Positions 1 to 10,727 of a stretch of 64,000 nucleotides of DNA are shown here, in pieces. The first letter of the stretch is position 1, and each line of letters opens with the position of its first letter. Both the position numbers and the translations under genes were made by a program. A model generated the notes under the pieces. It made no database searches and was not told the origin of the DNA. It saw nothing but the letters and a program-made list of their open reading frames with translations. The DNA comes from Gammaproteobacteria bacterium (GTDB lineage: Bacteria; Pseudomonadota; Gammaproteobacteria; UBA4575): contig JANQOB010000009.1 of the NCBI GenBank assembly GCA_028279275.1, positions 200,781 through 264,780 on the forward strand, given 5' to 3'.

Positions 1-474
1 TGCCGGGTTTCCTAAAGATTCACAAAATACGGCTTTTGTTTTGTCATCTATTGCAGCAGCCATGGCATCAATGTCGCGATAGTCTACGAAGCGGACCTCA
101 ATTCCTAGTTTTGGCAGTGTATGTGCAAAAAAGTTATAGGTACCGCCATATAAGGTGGCTACTGATACGATATTGTCGCCTTGCTCAGCTAAGGCAAAAA
201 TTGCGTAAGAGATTGCAGCCATGCCGGATGACAAACCTAAAGCCCCCACACCTCCTTCCATGGCAGCGATACGTTGTTCTAATACCGCTGTGGTGGGGTT
301 CATAATGCGTGTATAGATATTGCCTTCAACTTTTAAGTCAAATAAATCTGCACCATGTTGTGTGTTATCAAATGCATATGAAGTGGTTTGATAAATAGGT
401 ACTGCAACCGCTTTTGTAGTGGGGTCAGGGCTATAACCTGCATGTATTGCTTGAGTTTCAATTTTCATAATCGT
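1..474 (-). CDS. metY: O-acetylhomoserine sulfhydrylase (aminocarboxypropyltransferase), N-terminal part; the gene runs off the window start
   Basis: Reverse-complement translation from the ATG at 472-474 gives [60 protein letters not shown]..., a typical PLP-dependent MetY/Cys-Met-metabolism N-terminus. An AGAGG Shine-Dalgarno lies 8 nt upstream. Confidence 0.75.
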
Positions 475-630
475 TAACCTCTGTAAGTGTGTGAGGTGGA
501 AATAAGTTAATAAACAAAGGCGTGAGACTGCAAATTAATGCGAAATTACATGGTATAAAACTGGAATGTTTGGTCATGAAATCCGTCCCTTAGCTTAATT
601 GTGTGCTTCAAATTATTCGGGCGTTGACTC

Positions 631-713
631 GACCTAGAAGCTTAAAGGGCGGTCATCGCTTTAGCAGAATTTTTTAGTCGCCCTGCAAGTTGTTGAATTA
701 AATCAGCGACATA
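631..713. repeat. ~85-nt intergenic repeat element, copy A (gacctagaagc...tcatcgctttagcag...GTCGC-n24-GCGAC hairpin...ataa)
   Basis: About 90% identical to 61504-61587 (copy B). Contains a 5-bp inverted repeat GTCGC/GCGAC enclosing cctgcaagttgttgaattaaatca. Confidence 0.5.
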
Positions 714-806
714 ACCAAGAGGTTAGTAAGTAAAAATGCTAGGGGTATTTTTAGTTGATGTCAATAACTGGGTTATTAGTGGCTAAGTATATCTTTGCAT
801 TTAGTA

Positions 807-1289
807 TTATATTCTCAAGTTCCAGGTAATTTCTCTTTGTGCATTGATAATGTCATGCTGTTTTAGCCAGTATTTAACTTCTTCTGCATCATCAGTGAAC
901 CAGTTAAATGCTGAACCCAGTCGAAAACTATATCCCCACAAATCCATATCGTTAAAGGCTTGTTGCCGACAATAGCCTTGTATGTAGTCGGCTAGCAATA
1001 TTTGTAGGTAGCAGGTTGCATTTTCTTCGGCGGCAGTGCCTTGGGCATCCACTTCATCGTTTTCACGTTGGTCTTTCGGCATACAAACATAATGTGAGCT
1101 TTCATGCAGAATAGAGTGTATGGGGGTATCGCCCCGCACAAATAATGTGTTTTTGAGCCTTCCTGCCTCTGGTGCCCCCCAAAAGCTATGCGGTATCTCT
1201 CTGTCAAAATTTAAGCAGTTAATTTCTAAGCCATAGCGCTTCAGGACTGCATTAATTGAGTCAGCTTTCAGGTCTTTGTAATACACCAT
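807..1289 (-). CDS. hypothetical protein with HExxH motif (ILHESSHY); possible small metallohydrolase
   Basis: 160-aa ORF with an HESSH motif and no recognisable family match from memory. Confidence 0.45.
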   Translation of the reverse strand: MVYYKDLKADSINAVLKRYGLEINCLNFDREIPHSFWGAPEAGRLKNTLFVRGDTPIHSILHESSHYVCMPKDQRENDEVDAQGTAAEENATCYLQILLADYIQGYCRQQAFNDMDLWGYSFRLGSAFNWFTDDAEEVKYWLKQHDIINAQREITWNLRI

Positions 1290-1436
1290 AGGTAATTTCC
1301 ATGATATGACACCTCACCGCTATAGATGTGCTTAATGCTACGGGTTGTCCAAAAAGAGAGATCCATATTGTACGAAAACTAGGTATACTCACCACGCAAT
1401 TTTATCCCACTTATCATTCTACGGAGAGATACCACG

Positions 1437-1760
1437 ATGCGTTGTGTTTTACGCAAATCAGTACTTATATTAATCACCAGTATGCTCCTAACATCGCTGA
1501 GTTTTGCTGGTGGAGATGTTGAGGCCGGAAAATATAAAGCGGAAACCTGTTTAGGGTGTCATGGAGTTCCAAGCTATACAAATGTATATCCCACTTATAG
1601 TGTTCCACTATTAGGTGGCCAGCATGCCGAATACATTGTTATAGCCTTAAAAGCATATCAAAATGGTGAACGTAGTCATCCTACTATGCAGGCACACGCA
1701 GTAGGATTGAGCGAACAAGATATGGCTGATATTGGTGCATATTTCCAGTCTTTAAAGTAA
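1437..1760 (+). CDS. monoheme class I c-type cytochrome (c5/c552-like), exported
   Basis: Signal peptide (MRCVLRKSVLILITSMLLTSLSFA) and one CLGCH haem-binding motif. A GGAGAG Shine-Dalgarno lies upstream. Confidence 0.8.
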   Translation: MRCVLRKSVLILITSMLLTSLSFAGGDVEAGKYKAETCLGCHGVPSYTNVYPTYSVPLLGGQHAEYIVIALKAYQNGERSHPTMQAHAVGLSEQDMADIGAYFQSLK

Positions 1761-1796
1761 ACAATACACTAAACTTTTAAAAATTTTTAACTGCTC

Positions 1797-2174
1797 ATGA
1801 AAAAATTAATTATCACAACGATCTCACTTCTTTTTGTTTTTACACTTGTGCCTTGCGTTGCAGCGGAAGAAAGTGGACATGATGAACCAAAAGCCACTGC
1901 TCGAAGTGGTGAGGAAGTTGCCAAGCAATGTGTGGCTTGTCATGCGGAAGATGGAAATAGTATAGCGCCGAATTTCCCACGCTTAGCCGGACAACATGCA
2001 GATTACATGTTTCATTCTTTAATATCATATAAAAATGGTGACCGAAAAAACGCTATTATGGCGGGTATTGTTGCCGCTCTAAGTGAAAAAGAAATGAAAA
2101 ATGTTTCTGAATATTACGCCAACATGGGCGGCGGACTTTCTGTAATAAATATTGATGACGAATCAAGTTTCTAA
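1797..2174 (+). CDS. monoheme class I c-type cytochrome, exported
   Basis: Signal peptide and a CVACH motif; a PNFPRLAGQHADY motif is typical of cytochrome c4/c5 domains. Confidence 0.8.
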   Translation: MKKLIITTISLLFVFTLVPCVAAEESGHDEPKATARSGEEVAKQCVACHAEDGNSIAPNFPRLAGQHADYMFHSLISYKNGDRKNAIMAGIVAALSEKEMKNVSEYYANMGGGLSVINIDDESSF

Positions 2175-2190
2175 AGAAACTAGATAAAAA

Positions 2191-2433
2191 TTACTTTTCC
2201 TGTTGCTCCCATTCTTCGGGAGTAAACGCCTTTATACTTAGTGCATGTAATTCGCCGCTGGCAATTTGTGTTTTTACAGTGGCGTATACCATTTGATGTT
2301 CTTTAACCATGCTGAGATTAGCGAAGCTATCACTGATAACAATTGCTTCGTATTTTCCTTCTCCGCCACTTACCATAGCTTTAGAGTTGGGCAAGCCAGC
2401 TTCAATCAGTTTTTCTATTTCGTCTGTGGTCAT
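2191..2433 (-). CDS. BolA family protein (IbaG/YrbA-like)
   Basis: 80-aa protein whose composition resembles BolA/IbaG (...SGGEGKYEAIVISDSF...GELHALSIKAFTPEEW). Confidence 0.7.
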   Translation of the reverse strand: MTTDEIEKLIEAGLPNSKAMVSGGEGKYEAIVISDSFANLSMVKEHQMVYATVKTQIASGELHALSIKAFTPEEWEQQEK

Positions 2434-2493
2434 AATGATAATTATCTACTAGGCACTTAATCACGCTATATCGCTTAGGCCATATAAGACTGG

Positions 2494-3603
2494 TCAGCTT
2501 ATATCATTTGCTTCAATTAAGGCTACTAATTCATCGCCGATAAGATCTTTCTTCCAGCTAGATAGAATATCCAGCTCACGTTTTCCGCGAATGAGTTTTT
2601 CAACAACACTACGAGTGGCAAGTAGACTAGGCGCAATATTCAATTGTTCGGCACGTTCGCGTACAAAACTTTGCGCTAATTTAACCAGTTTGCGCTGAGC
2701 ACTATTTAGAGGTCCTATAGTGCTTGTCGTAGGCCAATCATATTCTGGTATTTTTAGTGCTTCGTTAATTTCTAGAATTAATGTTTCAGCATATGGAATA
2801 TGTTCTTCAGTAATAATTTCTAAAGAGCTGAATGCATTGATATCAGTTGGTTGTTCTATGGCTAAGTTACGTAATATTTTATCACTAAGAATCCATCGAC
2901 GAGGTTTATTCTCAGTCATAGCTTGTTGTTCACGCCATTTAGCAAGTTGTTTTAAAATATTTAATTGATTGGAATTAAGTTTTCCTGCACCTTTAACTGT
3001 TTTCCAGACTTTATCAGTATTTATTATATATTTATCAATAGAGGCTAAATTATTGCACTCAAAGTCTGCCCAATGGCTGCGACCATTTTCACCTAATTTA
3101 GTTTTTAAAGACTGATAAATTTCAGCTAAATATTTGACGTCATCAACAGCATATTTTAGTTCTTTACTGGTTAATGGTCTGCGTTCCCAGTTTGTTCTAG
3201 AAAGTGATTTATCAAGTTCAATATTACAAATTTCGGATACTAATTGTGCATAACTTACTTGTTCTCCATAGCCTAGTAGGCTGGCAGCAATTTGAGTATC
3301 AAACATTGGCGTAGGTACTGCATCGAATAAATTGACAAAAATCTCGAGATCTTGGCTAGCCGAATGAAAAATTTTAGTAATAGAGGGTTGATATAGTAAT
3401 TTTTTTAATGAAGATAAGTTACTAATTGCTAAGGTATCTATGCATACTAGTTCCTGTTCGGACGCAATTTGAATTAAACATAAGCTTGGATAGAACGTCT
3501 TTTCGCGTATAAACTCAGTATCCAGTGCAAGCCAATCTACATTGGAGGATGCTGAACAAAATGTTTCTAAATCTCTGGTAGATGTGATTAATTTATATTC
3601 CAT
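2494..3603 (-). CDS. rnd: ribonuclease D
   Basis: MEYKLITSTRDLETFCSASSNVDWLALDTEFIREKTFYPSLCLIQIA matches the E. coli RNase D N-terminus (MNYQMITTDDAL...ALDTEFVRTRTYYPQLGLIQL). Start placed at the internal Met at 3603; the first Met at 3648 would add a non-homologous 15-aa extension. Confidence 0.85.
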   Translation of the reverse strand: MEYKLITSTRDLETFCSASSNVDWLALDTEFIREKTFYPSLCLIQIASEQELVCIDTLAISNLSSLKKLLYQPSITKIFHSASQDLEIFVNLFDAVPTPMFDTQIAASLLGYGEQVSYAQLVSEICNIELDKSLSRTNWERRPLTSKELKYAVDDVKYLAEIYQSLKTKLGENGRSHWADFECNNLASIDKYIINTDKVWKTVKGAGKLNSNQLNILKQLAKWREQQAMTENKPRRWILSDKILRNLAIEQPTDINAFSSLEIITEEHIPYAETLILEINEALKIPEYDWPTTSTIGPLNSAQRKLVKLAQSFVRERAEQLNIAPSLLATRSVVEKLIRGKRELDILSSWKKDLIGDELVALIEANDIS

Positions 3604-3616
3604 AATTATAAACTTC

Positions 3617-4582
3617 GTGAATTTCCTTCGAGTTCGCAAGGCTACCAATATATTAATTTTTTGGCTTGTTCTATCACAAAATAGTGTAACAGCTCAGGAA
3701 TCAATAAAGGAATGGCAAGCACCTTATTTGCAGGAGCATACGCTGGTTGGCAAAGTTTGGGACACTCACAAAGATGACTGGCTAAGTGAGAATCAATTTT
3801 ATTATGAATTGACTAATTATGATTATATTTTGTTAGGTGAAGTGCACAACCATCCTGACCATCATATTCTACAGGCTGAAGTTTTAGATGCTTTAGCAAA
3901 TTTAGGTATAAATCCTAGTGTGGTGATGGAAATGTTAACCATTGAAAGTTGGAAGGATCAACCACTCACTTGGGAAAAAACCGATGAGTTACAAGAACTC
4001 GCAAGTATGTTAAACGACGGCTGGCCGTGGGAATTATATAAACCTGTGTTAAGTTCAATTGTCAGGCATGGGCTTAATTTATATGCAGGAAATATTAGTG
4101 GTGAAGAATTGCAAAATCGTGCATACGAAAATTCATTATTTGACTACTCTTACGCTGAAAAGAATTACTCTTATACAAAAGAAAACTTTGAGACATTAAA
4201 AAAAGATATTATTGATTCTCATTGTGGGTATGCGAATGAAGGTTTGGTAAAATTTATGTCACGTGCGCAAATGCAACGTGATCACATCATGGTGAGTGCA
4301 TTACTGGATAAGAAACAACCTGTCGTTTTTATTGCAGGTAAAGGGCATGTAAGAAATGATTACGCAGTTCCTATGCAGCTGAGAAGAAATTTTAAACAAA
4401 CATCTTACTTATCCGTTGCATACATTCCTGTGCGTGAGGGCATAGAAGATCCACAAGAATATTTGCAGGATTCTCATGATTTATATGACATTCTTTATTT
4501 TACCCCTAGTCATACTACAGAAGATCCGTGTGTGAAATTTCAAAAACAGTTGCAGAACATGCGTCAACGCCAGGATCAATGA
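3617..4582 (+). CDS. ChaN/Tiki-superfamily periplasmic protein (putative haem/iron-related)
   Basis: GTG start at 3617 gives a signal peptide MNFLRVRKATNILIFWLVLSQNSVTAQE. Tiki/ChaN signature positions present: LGEVHNHPDHH (GxxH), ...RDHIMV (RDxxM), AGKGHV (GxxH). Confidence 0.5.
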   Translation: MNFLRVRKATNILIFWLVLSQNSVTAQESIKEWQAPYLQEHTLVGKVWDTHKDDWLSENQFYYELTNYDYILLGEVHNHPDHHILQAEVLDALANLGINPSVVMEMLTIESWKDQPLTWEKTDELQELASMLNDGWPWELYKPVLSSIVRHGLNLYAGNISGEELQNRAYENSLFDYSYAEKNYSYTKENFETLKKDIIDSHCGYANEGLVKFMSRAQMQRDHIMVSALLDKKQPVVFIAGKGHVRNDYAVPMQLRRNFKQTSYLSVAYIPVREGIEDPQEYLQDSHDLYDILYFTPSHTTEDPCVKFQKQLQNMRQRQDQ

Positions 4583-4684
4583 ACAATTTTGACCAATAAT
4601 TTCATACACTTGCTTGCAGTCGTTGGGGTATGTGCGACAATAAGATATAGAAATTTGCTCACCTTACATTTAATAGGACATTAA

Positions 4685-6103
4685 ATGCTCATTGGGCCTG
4701 ATGCTAATTTAAAAGCAAGAATAAAAAGTCTTCGCAATCATATTACAAACGAAAATCCTCTATTAGTGGATGTGGTGGACCATTTTTGTGAGTTGGATAA
4801 GATTGCATATAAACTTGGTATTCTTACAAATAAAGAATCTTACACCACCGATATATCATGGTGGCCACTTATATCTGTGTTAGGGACGTTTTCCGCAGGT
4901 AAGTCGACCTTTATCAATCACTATGTGCAAACCGATTTGCAAAAAACGGGTAATCAAGCCGTCGATGATAAATTTACCGTTATTTGTTTTAGCAGCGATG
5001 ACAAAATAAGAATCTTACCTGGTCTAGCATTAGATGCTGATCCGCGTTTTCCATTCTATCAAATTAGTGAAGAAATTGAAAAAGTATCAACGGGCGAAGG
5101 TTCTCGAATCGATACTTATTTGCAGTTAAAAACTTGTCCATCTGATTTAATTAAAGGAAAAATTTTAATTGATTCACCAGGTTTTGATGCTGATGCACAG
5201 CGCACCTCAACATTACGTATTACGGATCACATCATTAATCTTTCCGATTTAGTGTTGGTGTTGTTTGATTCGCGTCATCCAGAGCCGGGTGCAATGCGTG
5301 ATACTTTGGAACATCTAGTTGCAGGAACAGTACGTCGAAATGACTCAAATAAAGTGTTATTTATTCTCAATCAAATTGATACCACCGCTGCGGAGGATAA
5401 TGCAGAAGAAGTCGTAGCAGCATGGCAGCGTGCGCTCGCGTCAGGAGGTTTGGTGAGTGGACGTTTTTATGCTACCTATAATGAAGAGGCAGCCGTAAAG
5501 ATAGAAGATAAAGCTTTGCGAGAACGTTACCAACGTAAACGCGACCATGACCTAGGTGAAATTTATCAACGCATTTCAGAAGTCAGTGTGGAGCGTGTAT
5601 ATAGAATTATTGGTTCGCTTGAAAATACTGCAAACCAAATTGAAAATAATATTGCACCACAAATTCAGGAAGCAACACGTACATGGGGCAAACGAGTACT
5701 GATGATAGATGCACTAATTTTGATACCTGTTTTCTTGGCTATGCTTATTTACTTTGTTAAACATTTTGGCTACGGAACCGCTTTTGATAGTTTTGGAAAA
5801 ACAGGTGTGATCTGGGCTATTATTCTTGCATTGTTGCTGTTATTTATTATTCATCACTTCATAAGAAATTTTGTGAGCAAATGGGTGGCTAAGTCCTTAC
5901 CTAAAAGAGAGTTAACAGGAAGTGCAAGGGCAGGCTTTTTGCGCAATACGAAATGTTGGCAACCATTATGGCGTCCTTTTATTGTCGGCTGGAATAAACA
6001 CACCCGTCAAAAACTCATCCAGATTCGAGAAGCAGCTGATCGTTTTGTTCAGACATTGAATGATGAATATACTAATCCGTCAGGCGAACACAGGGATATG
6101 TGA
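4685..6103 (+). CDS. membrane-anchored dynamin-like GTPase (bacterial dynamin-like protein family)
   Basis: G1 GTFSAGKST, G3 DSPGF and NQID motifs in an N-terminal dynamin-type GTPase domain. Helical middle region. C-terminal hydrophobic hairpin (LMIDALILIPVFLAMLIYFV ... VIWAIILALLLLFIIHHF). Confidence 0.6.
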   Translation: MLIGPDANLKARIKSLRNHITNENPLLVDVVDHFCELDKIAYKLGILTNKESYTTDISWWPLISVLGTFSAGKSTFINHYVQTDLQKTGNQAVDDKFTVICFSSDDKIRILPGLALDADPRFPFYQISEEIEKVSTGEGSRIDTYLQLKTCPSDLIKGKILIDSPGFDADAQRTSTLRITDHIINLSDLVLVLFDSRHPEPGAMRDTLEHLVAGTVRRNDSNKVLFILNQIDTTAAEDNAEEVVAAWQRALASGGLVSGRFYATYNEEAAVKIEDKALRERYQRKRDHDLGEIYQRISEVSVERVYRIIGSLENTANQIENNIAPQIQEATRTWGKRVLMIDALILIPVFLAMLIYFVKHFGYGTAFDSFGKTGVIWAIILALLLLFIIHHFIRNFVSKWVAKSLPKRELTGSARAGFLRNTKCWQPLWRPFIVGWNKHTRQKLIQIREAADRFVQTLNDEYTNPSGEHRDM

Positions 6104-6163
6104 ATCGGAGTCGAATCAGGGATGAATTTTTATGAGCAATTGTGTTCTTGATTCGAACAATTT

Positions 6164-6646
6164 CTAGAACATCAAGACTTTTTTACTCACGGCCCGCATA
6201 ACTAAATAAATCCAAGGCCAAACAATAACGCTCGTGACTACAGGTGCCCAGTAGACCCAGGTTTTAGGGTCTTCGCCTAATATTCCCAATATCCATAGCG
6301 ACAAACTCATATAAGGCAATAAGATCATGCCGATAAACATCGCTTGTTGATGCAATGGATATACTCGCACGCGTTGATGAAAACGAATTGCAATATAAGC
6401 TGTGATCGCAAACCCTAGTGCGTGTTGACCTAATAGAGCACCTTGAATGACATCTACGCATAATCCTAATATCCAAGCGATGCCGACACCGACTTTTTTT
6501 GGAATAGTAATATTCCAATAGATGAGGGCTAGGGCAATCCATTCAGGTCGGTAAGGACGAGCCCAATCAGGTAAAGGAATGAGCATGAGTATCATCGCCA
6601 CAATGAGGCTTGCAAAAATGATTAAAAATATTGGTCGACTATTCAT
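6164..6646 (-). CDS. mreD: rod shape-determining protein MreD
   Basis: Polytopic 160-aa membrane protein immediately downstream of mreC with a 4-nt overlap; synteny mreBCD. Confidence 0.8.
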   Translation of the reverse strand: MNSRPIFLIIFASLIVAMILMLIPLPDWARPYRPEWIALALIYWNITIPKKVGVGIAWILGLCVDVIQGALLGQHALGFAITAYIAIRFHQRVRVYPLHQQAMFIGMILLPYMSLSLWILGILGEDPKTWVYWAPVVTSVIVWPWIYLVMRAVSKKVLMF

Positions 6647-7530
6647 GGATTAATCATTGCGGATTTTTGATCAGCCGAATTATTCTCAGCATTTGATTCT
6701 GATTTTTGTTCGCCCGGCCAGATGAGCAGTACTTCACGAATGGTATTAAGTTTTACCAAAGGTTTGGCTTCAACTTTTACAAATGCTTCCCCAGATATTT
6801 GTTGAATACTGGTGATCTCTGCAATGGGGTAATCGCTTGGATAACGACCATCAAGACCTGAAGTAATAACTAAGTCACCAATTTTAATGTCAGCTGTGTT
6901 GGTTAAATGTAGTAGTTCAAGTTTTTCTATATTTCCAGTACCAACTACTAAACTTCTTTGTCGACTACGTGCAACTTCACCAAGCAACGCGTGATTTGGG
7001 TCTGTCATTAAAATTGCAACTGAGCTAAATGGTCCTGCTTTATCAATTTGACCGATAATGCCTTTGGCACCTAGTAAGGGTTGACCTTCGTAAACACCGT
7101 CGCGTGTGCCTTTATTTACAACGATGCGTTGTCTATAAGGATCTAAATCTACCGAAAGCAGTTCACCAATTAGTACATGTTCTTTTTTAAAATACTTTGC
7201 TGAGGAGAGTAGTTCTCTCAGGCGATTATTTTCCTCTTCTAGTGTGGCGAGTTTTTGTAGACGTAACTCCAAACGAATTTGTTCGGCTCGTAACGCAGCA
7301 TTATCTCGTAACAATTTATTACGCGATGAGAAAGATTCAGTGCTCCAGTTATATACTTTAGAAGGAAGGCTTGCCAAATACTCGATTGGGTACATTGCCA
7401 CACTAATCGATTGGCGAACTGTGCGTAAATGATTGAAGTGGTGATCAACTGTCATCATTACTATCGACAAAATGACGAGCAGGAATAATTTAGCAGCAAC
7501 AGATGGACCAAGACTGAAGAGCGGTTTTAT
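6643..7530 (-). CDS. mreC: rod shape-determining protein MreC (start codon non-canonical)
   Basis: Conserved MreC N-terminus (I)KPLFSLGPSVAAKLFLLVILSIV (E. coli MKPIFSRGPSLQIRLILAVLV) begins at an ATA codon (7528-7530, minus strand), preceded 8 nt upstream by GGAG. The ORF track's TTG at 7470 would delete the conserved N-terminal segment. Confidence 0.8.
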   Translation of the reverse strand: MKPLFSLGPSVAAKLFLLVILSIVMMTVDHHFNHLRTVRQSISVAMYPIEYLASLPSKVYNWSTESFSSRNKLLRDNAALRAEQIRLELRLQKLATLEEENNRLRELLSSAKYFKKEHVLIGELLSVDLDPYRQRIVVNKGTRDGVYEGQPLLGAKGIIGQIDKAGPFSSVAILMTDPNHALLGEVARSRQRSLVVGTGNIEKLELLHLTNTADIKIGDLVITSGLDGRYPSDYPIAEITSIQQISGEAFVKVEAKPLVKLNTIREVLLIWPGEQKSESNAENNSADQKSAMINP

Positions 7531-7626
7531 GGTGAAATCTCCACAACTATTGAACAGGTCTTAATTAAGAGCGTTGTAATGATAACGAATTACTCGTTAA
7601 CCGTCAGCGTAGCAGGGATTTATAGT

Positions 7627-8691
<1,065 letters not shown>

Positions 8692-8803
8692 TTAATTATT
8701 CGAGAGTTAGCGTACTCTATCAGTGGCTAAAATTTTGGGCAAGCCATTAAATGTGCCGCATAAGTGTGGTAGTTTGCCGTTCGTTCATTTATATATAAGT
8801 ACT

Positions 8804-9091
8804 ATGTCGATCACACCAGAAGAAGTTCTAAAAATTGCCAACCTAGCTCGATTGCAAATCAAGCCTGATGAAGTTGAGCAATATGCAAAAGATTTATCCA
8901 ACATTATTCATTTGGTTGAGCAAATGAATGCAGTGGATACTAAAGATATACAGCCGATGGCGCACCCTTTAGATGCAACACAACGTTTGCGCGAAGACGA
9001 AGTCAAAGAAGAAAATCAGCGTGAAAAATTCCAAACAATTGCTCCAGCAGCAGAGCAAGGCCTTTATTTGGTACCAAAAGTAATTGAGTAA
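8804..9091 (+). CDS. gatC: Asp/Glu-tRNA(Asn/Gln) amidotransferase subunit C
   Basis: MSITPEEVLKIANLARLQIKPDEV... is a typical GatC N-terminus. Start taken at the internal ATG at 8804; the track's upstream extension is non-homologous. Confidence 0.9.
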   Translation: MSITPEEVLKIANLARLQIKPDEVEQYAKDLSNIIHLVEQMNAVDTKDIQPMAHPLDATQRLREDEVKEENQREKFQTIAPAAEQGLYLVPKVIE

Positions 9092-9251
9092 ACATAATGA
9101 ATCTTTTACGCTTATACTTCGTTCTTCTTTTTCTCAAATGCTCATGTACTAGCCTGTACACTGCGTTTTTCGAAAAACTCGGGCCTCGTATAAACCTAAA
9201 ATCTTCAATTATGGAATAGGTTCTAGATATTTTTTTATCTAGTCAAATAAT

Positions 9252-10712
9252 TTGAATATGTACGATCTTTCTGTTTCACAACTTGCTGAAGGTTTACGCA
9301 ATGGTGATTTTTCCAGTGTTGAGTTAACCCAACACTGTGTTGAGCGCATGCAAAAATTTAGTGATCTAAATGCATTTATCACTGAACTTGGAGAGCGTGC
9401 GATTTTACAAGCGCAAAACGCAGATAAATTAATTAAAGAAAAAAACCATGGTCCATTAACAGGGGTGCCGATAGCAACAAAAGATATTTTTTGTATGTAT
9501 GGTGTTAAAACATCTTGTGGTTCTAAAATGTTAGATAGCTTTATTGCACCATATGATGCAACCGTGACACACAAACTTGATCAAGCAGGTTGTGTCACAT
9601 TGGGTAGAACCAATATGGATGAATTTGCAATGGGTTCATCAAACGAGACTAGCTACTATGGACCGGTTAAGAACCCTTGGAATAAAGATTATGTGCCGGG
9701 TGGATCATCAGGGGGTTCAGCTGCCGCAGTTGCTGCGCGTATTGCACCTCTCGCTACTGGGACGGATACTGGTGGTTCTATTCGGCAACCCGCAGCCCTT
9801 TGCGGCATTACCGGCTTGAAGCCAACTTATGGAAGAGTCTCGCGCTACGGCATGATTGCTTATGCGTCCAGCCTTGATCAGGGTGGTCCGTTTGGCGCTT
9901 CAGCAGAAGACTGCGCGTATTTACTTCAGGCCATGGCAGGTTTTGATGAAAAAGACTCTACCAGTCTGGATAAAGCGGTCCCTGACTACACACAATCACT
10001 GAATGATTCGATAAAAGGGAAGGTGATCGGTATCCCTGAAGAATATTTTAGTGAAGGGTTGGGTGTTGGTGTAAAAGAAATTATACAGACCGCCATTACT
10101 TGGTACGAACAACAAGGTTGTGAAATAAAAAGTATCAGCTTGCCAAATACAGATTTAGCGATACCGGCATACTACGTAATTGCACCTGCAGAATGTTCAT
10201 CTAATTTATCTCGTTATGACGGTGTGCGATTTGGTTATCGTTGTGATGACCCTAAAGATATGCGTGATCTATATGATCGTAGTCGTAGTGAAGCATTTGG
10301 GGATGAGGTAAAACGCAGGATTATGATTGGTACATACGCCCTATCAGCAGGCTATTACGATGCATACTATTTAAAAGCACAGCAAATAAGACATTTAATT
10401 AGTGATGATTTTAAAAAAGCTTTTGAACAAGTCGACGTAATTTTGGGTCCAACAACACCTGAACCCGCTTTTAAGATTGGTGAAAAAACCAATGACCCGG
10501 TCACTATGTACTTATCTGATATCTATACCATTTCTATTAACTTAGCAGGTTTACCGGCAATTTCGATTCCATGTGGTCAGCAAGGAGGTTTGCCAGTAGG
10601 CATGCAGCTAATTGGAAATTATTTTGCAGAAGAAACACTGCTCAATTTTGCGCACCAGTATCAATTGGATACCGATTGGCATCAGCAAATTCCTCCTGGT
10701 TTTAATGAATAA
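9252..10712 (+). CDS. gatA: Asp/Glu-tRNA(Asn/Gln) amidotransferase subunit A
   Basis: Amidase signature [13 protein letters not shown], ...[24 protein letters not shown]..., matching GatA. Confidence 0.95.
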   Translation: MNMYDLSVSQLAEGLRNGDFSSVELTQHCVERMQKFSDLNAFITELGERAILQAQNADKLIKEKNHGPLTGVPIATKDIFCMYGVKTSCGSKMLDSFIAPYDATVTHKLDQAGCVTLGRTNMDEFAMGSSNETSYYGPVKNPWNKDYVPGGSSGGSAAAVAARIAPLATGTDTGGSIRQPAALCGITGLKPTYGRVSRYGMIAYASSLDQGGPFGASAEDCAYLLQAMAGFDEKDSTSLDKAVPDYTQSLNDSIKGKVIGIPEEYFSEGLGVGVKEIIQTAITWYEQQGCEIKSISLPNTDLAIPAYYVIAPAECSSNLSRYDGVRFGYRCDDPKDMRDLYDRSRSEAFGDEVKRRIMIGTYALSAGYYDAYYLKAQQIRHLISDDFKKAFEQVDVILGPTTPEPAFKIGEKTNDPVTMYLSDIYTISINLAGLPAISIPCGQQGGLPVGMQLIGNYFAEETLLNFAHQYQLDTDWHQQIPPGFNE

Positions 10713-10727
10713 GGATTGCAAATAAAG

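Noticed and set aside
36-305. 89-aa plus-strand ORF at the window start
   Set aside because: It overlaps the minus-strand metY coding region, whose translation is a clear Cys/Met-metabolism PLP enzyme.
1437-2174. Two adjacent monoheme cytochrome c ORFs as a frameshifted or split dihaem cytochrome c4
   Set aside because: Each ORF has its own start codon, Shine-Dalgarno and N-terminal signal peptide, and there is a 36-nt intergenic gap with a stop. Two separate genes is more parsimonious.
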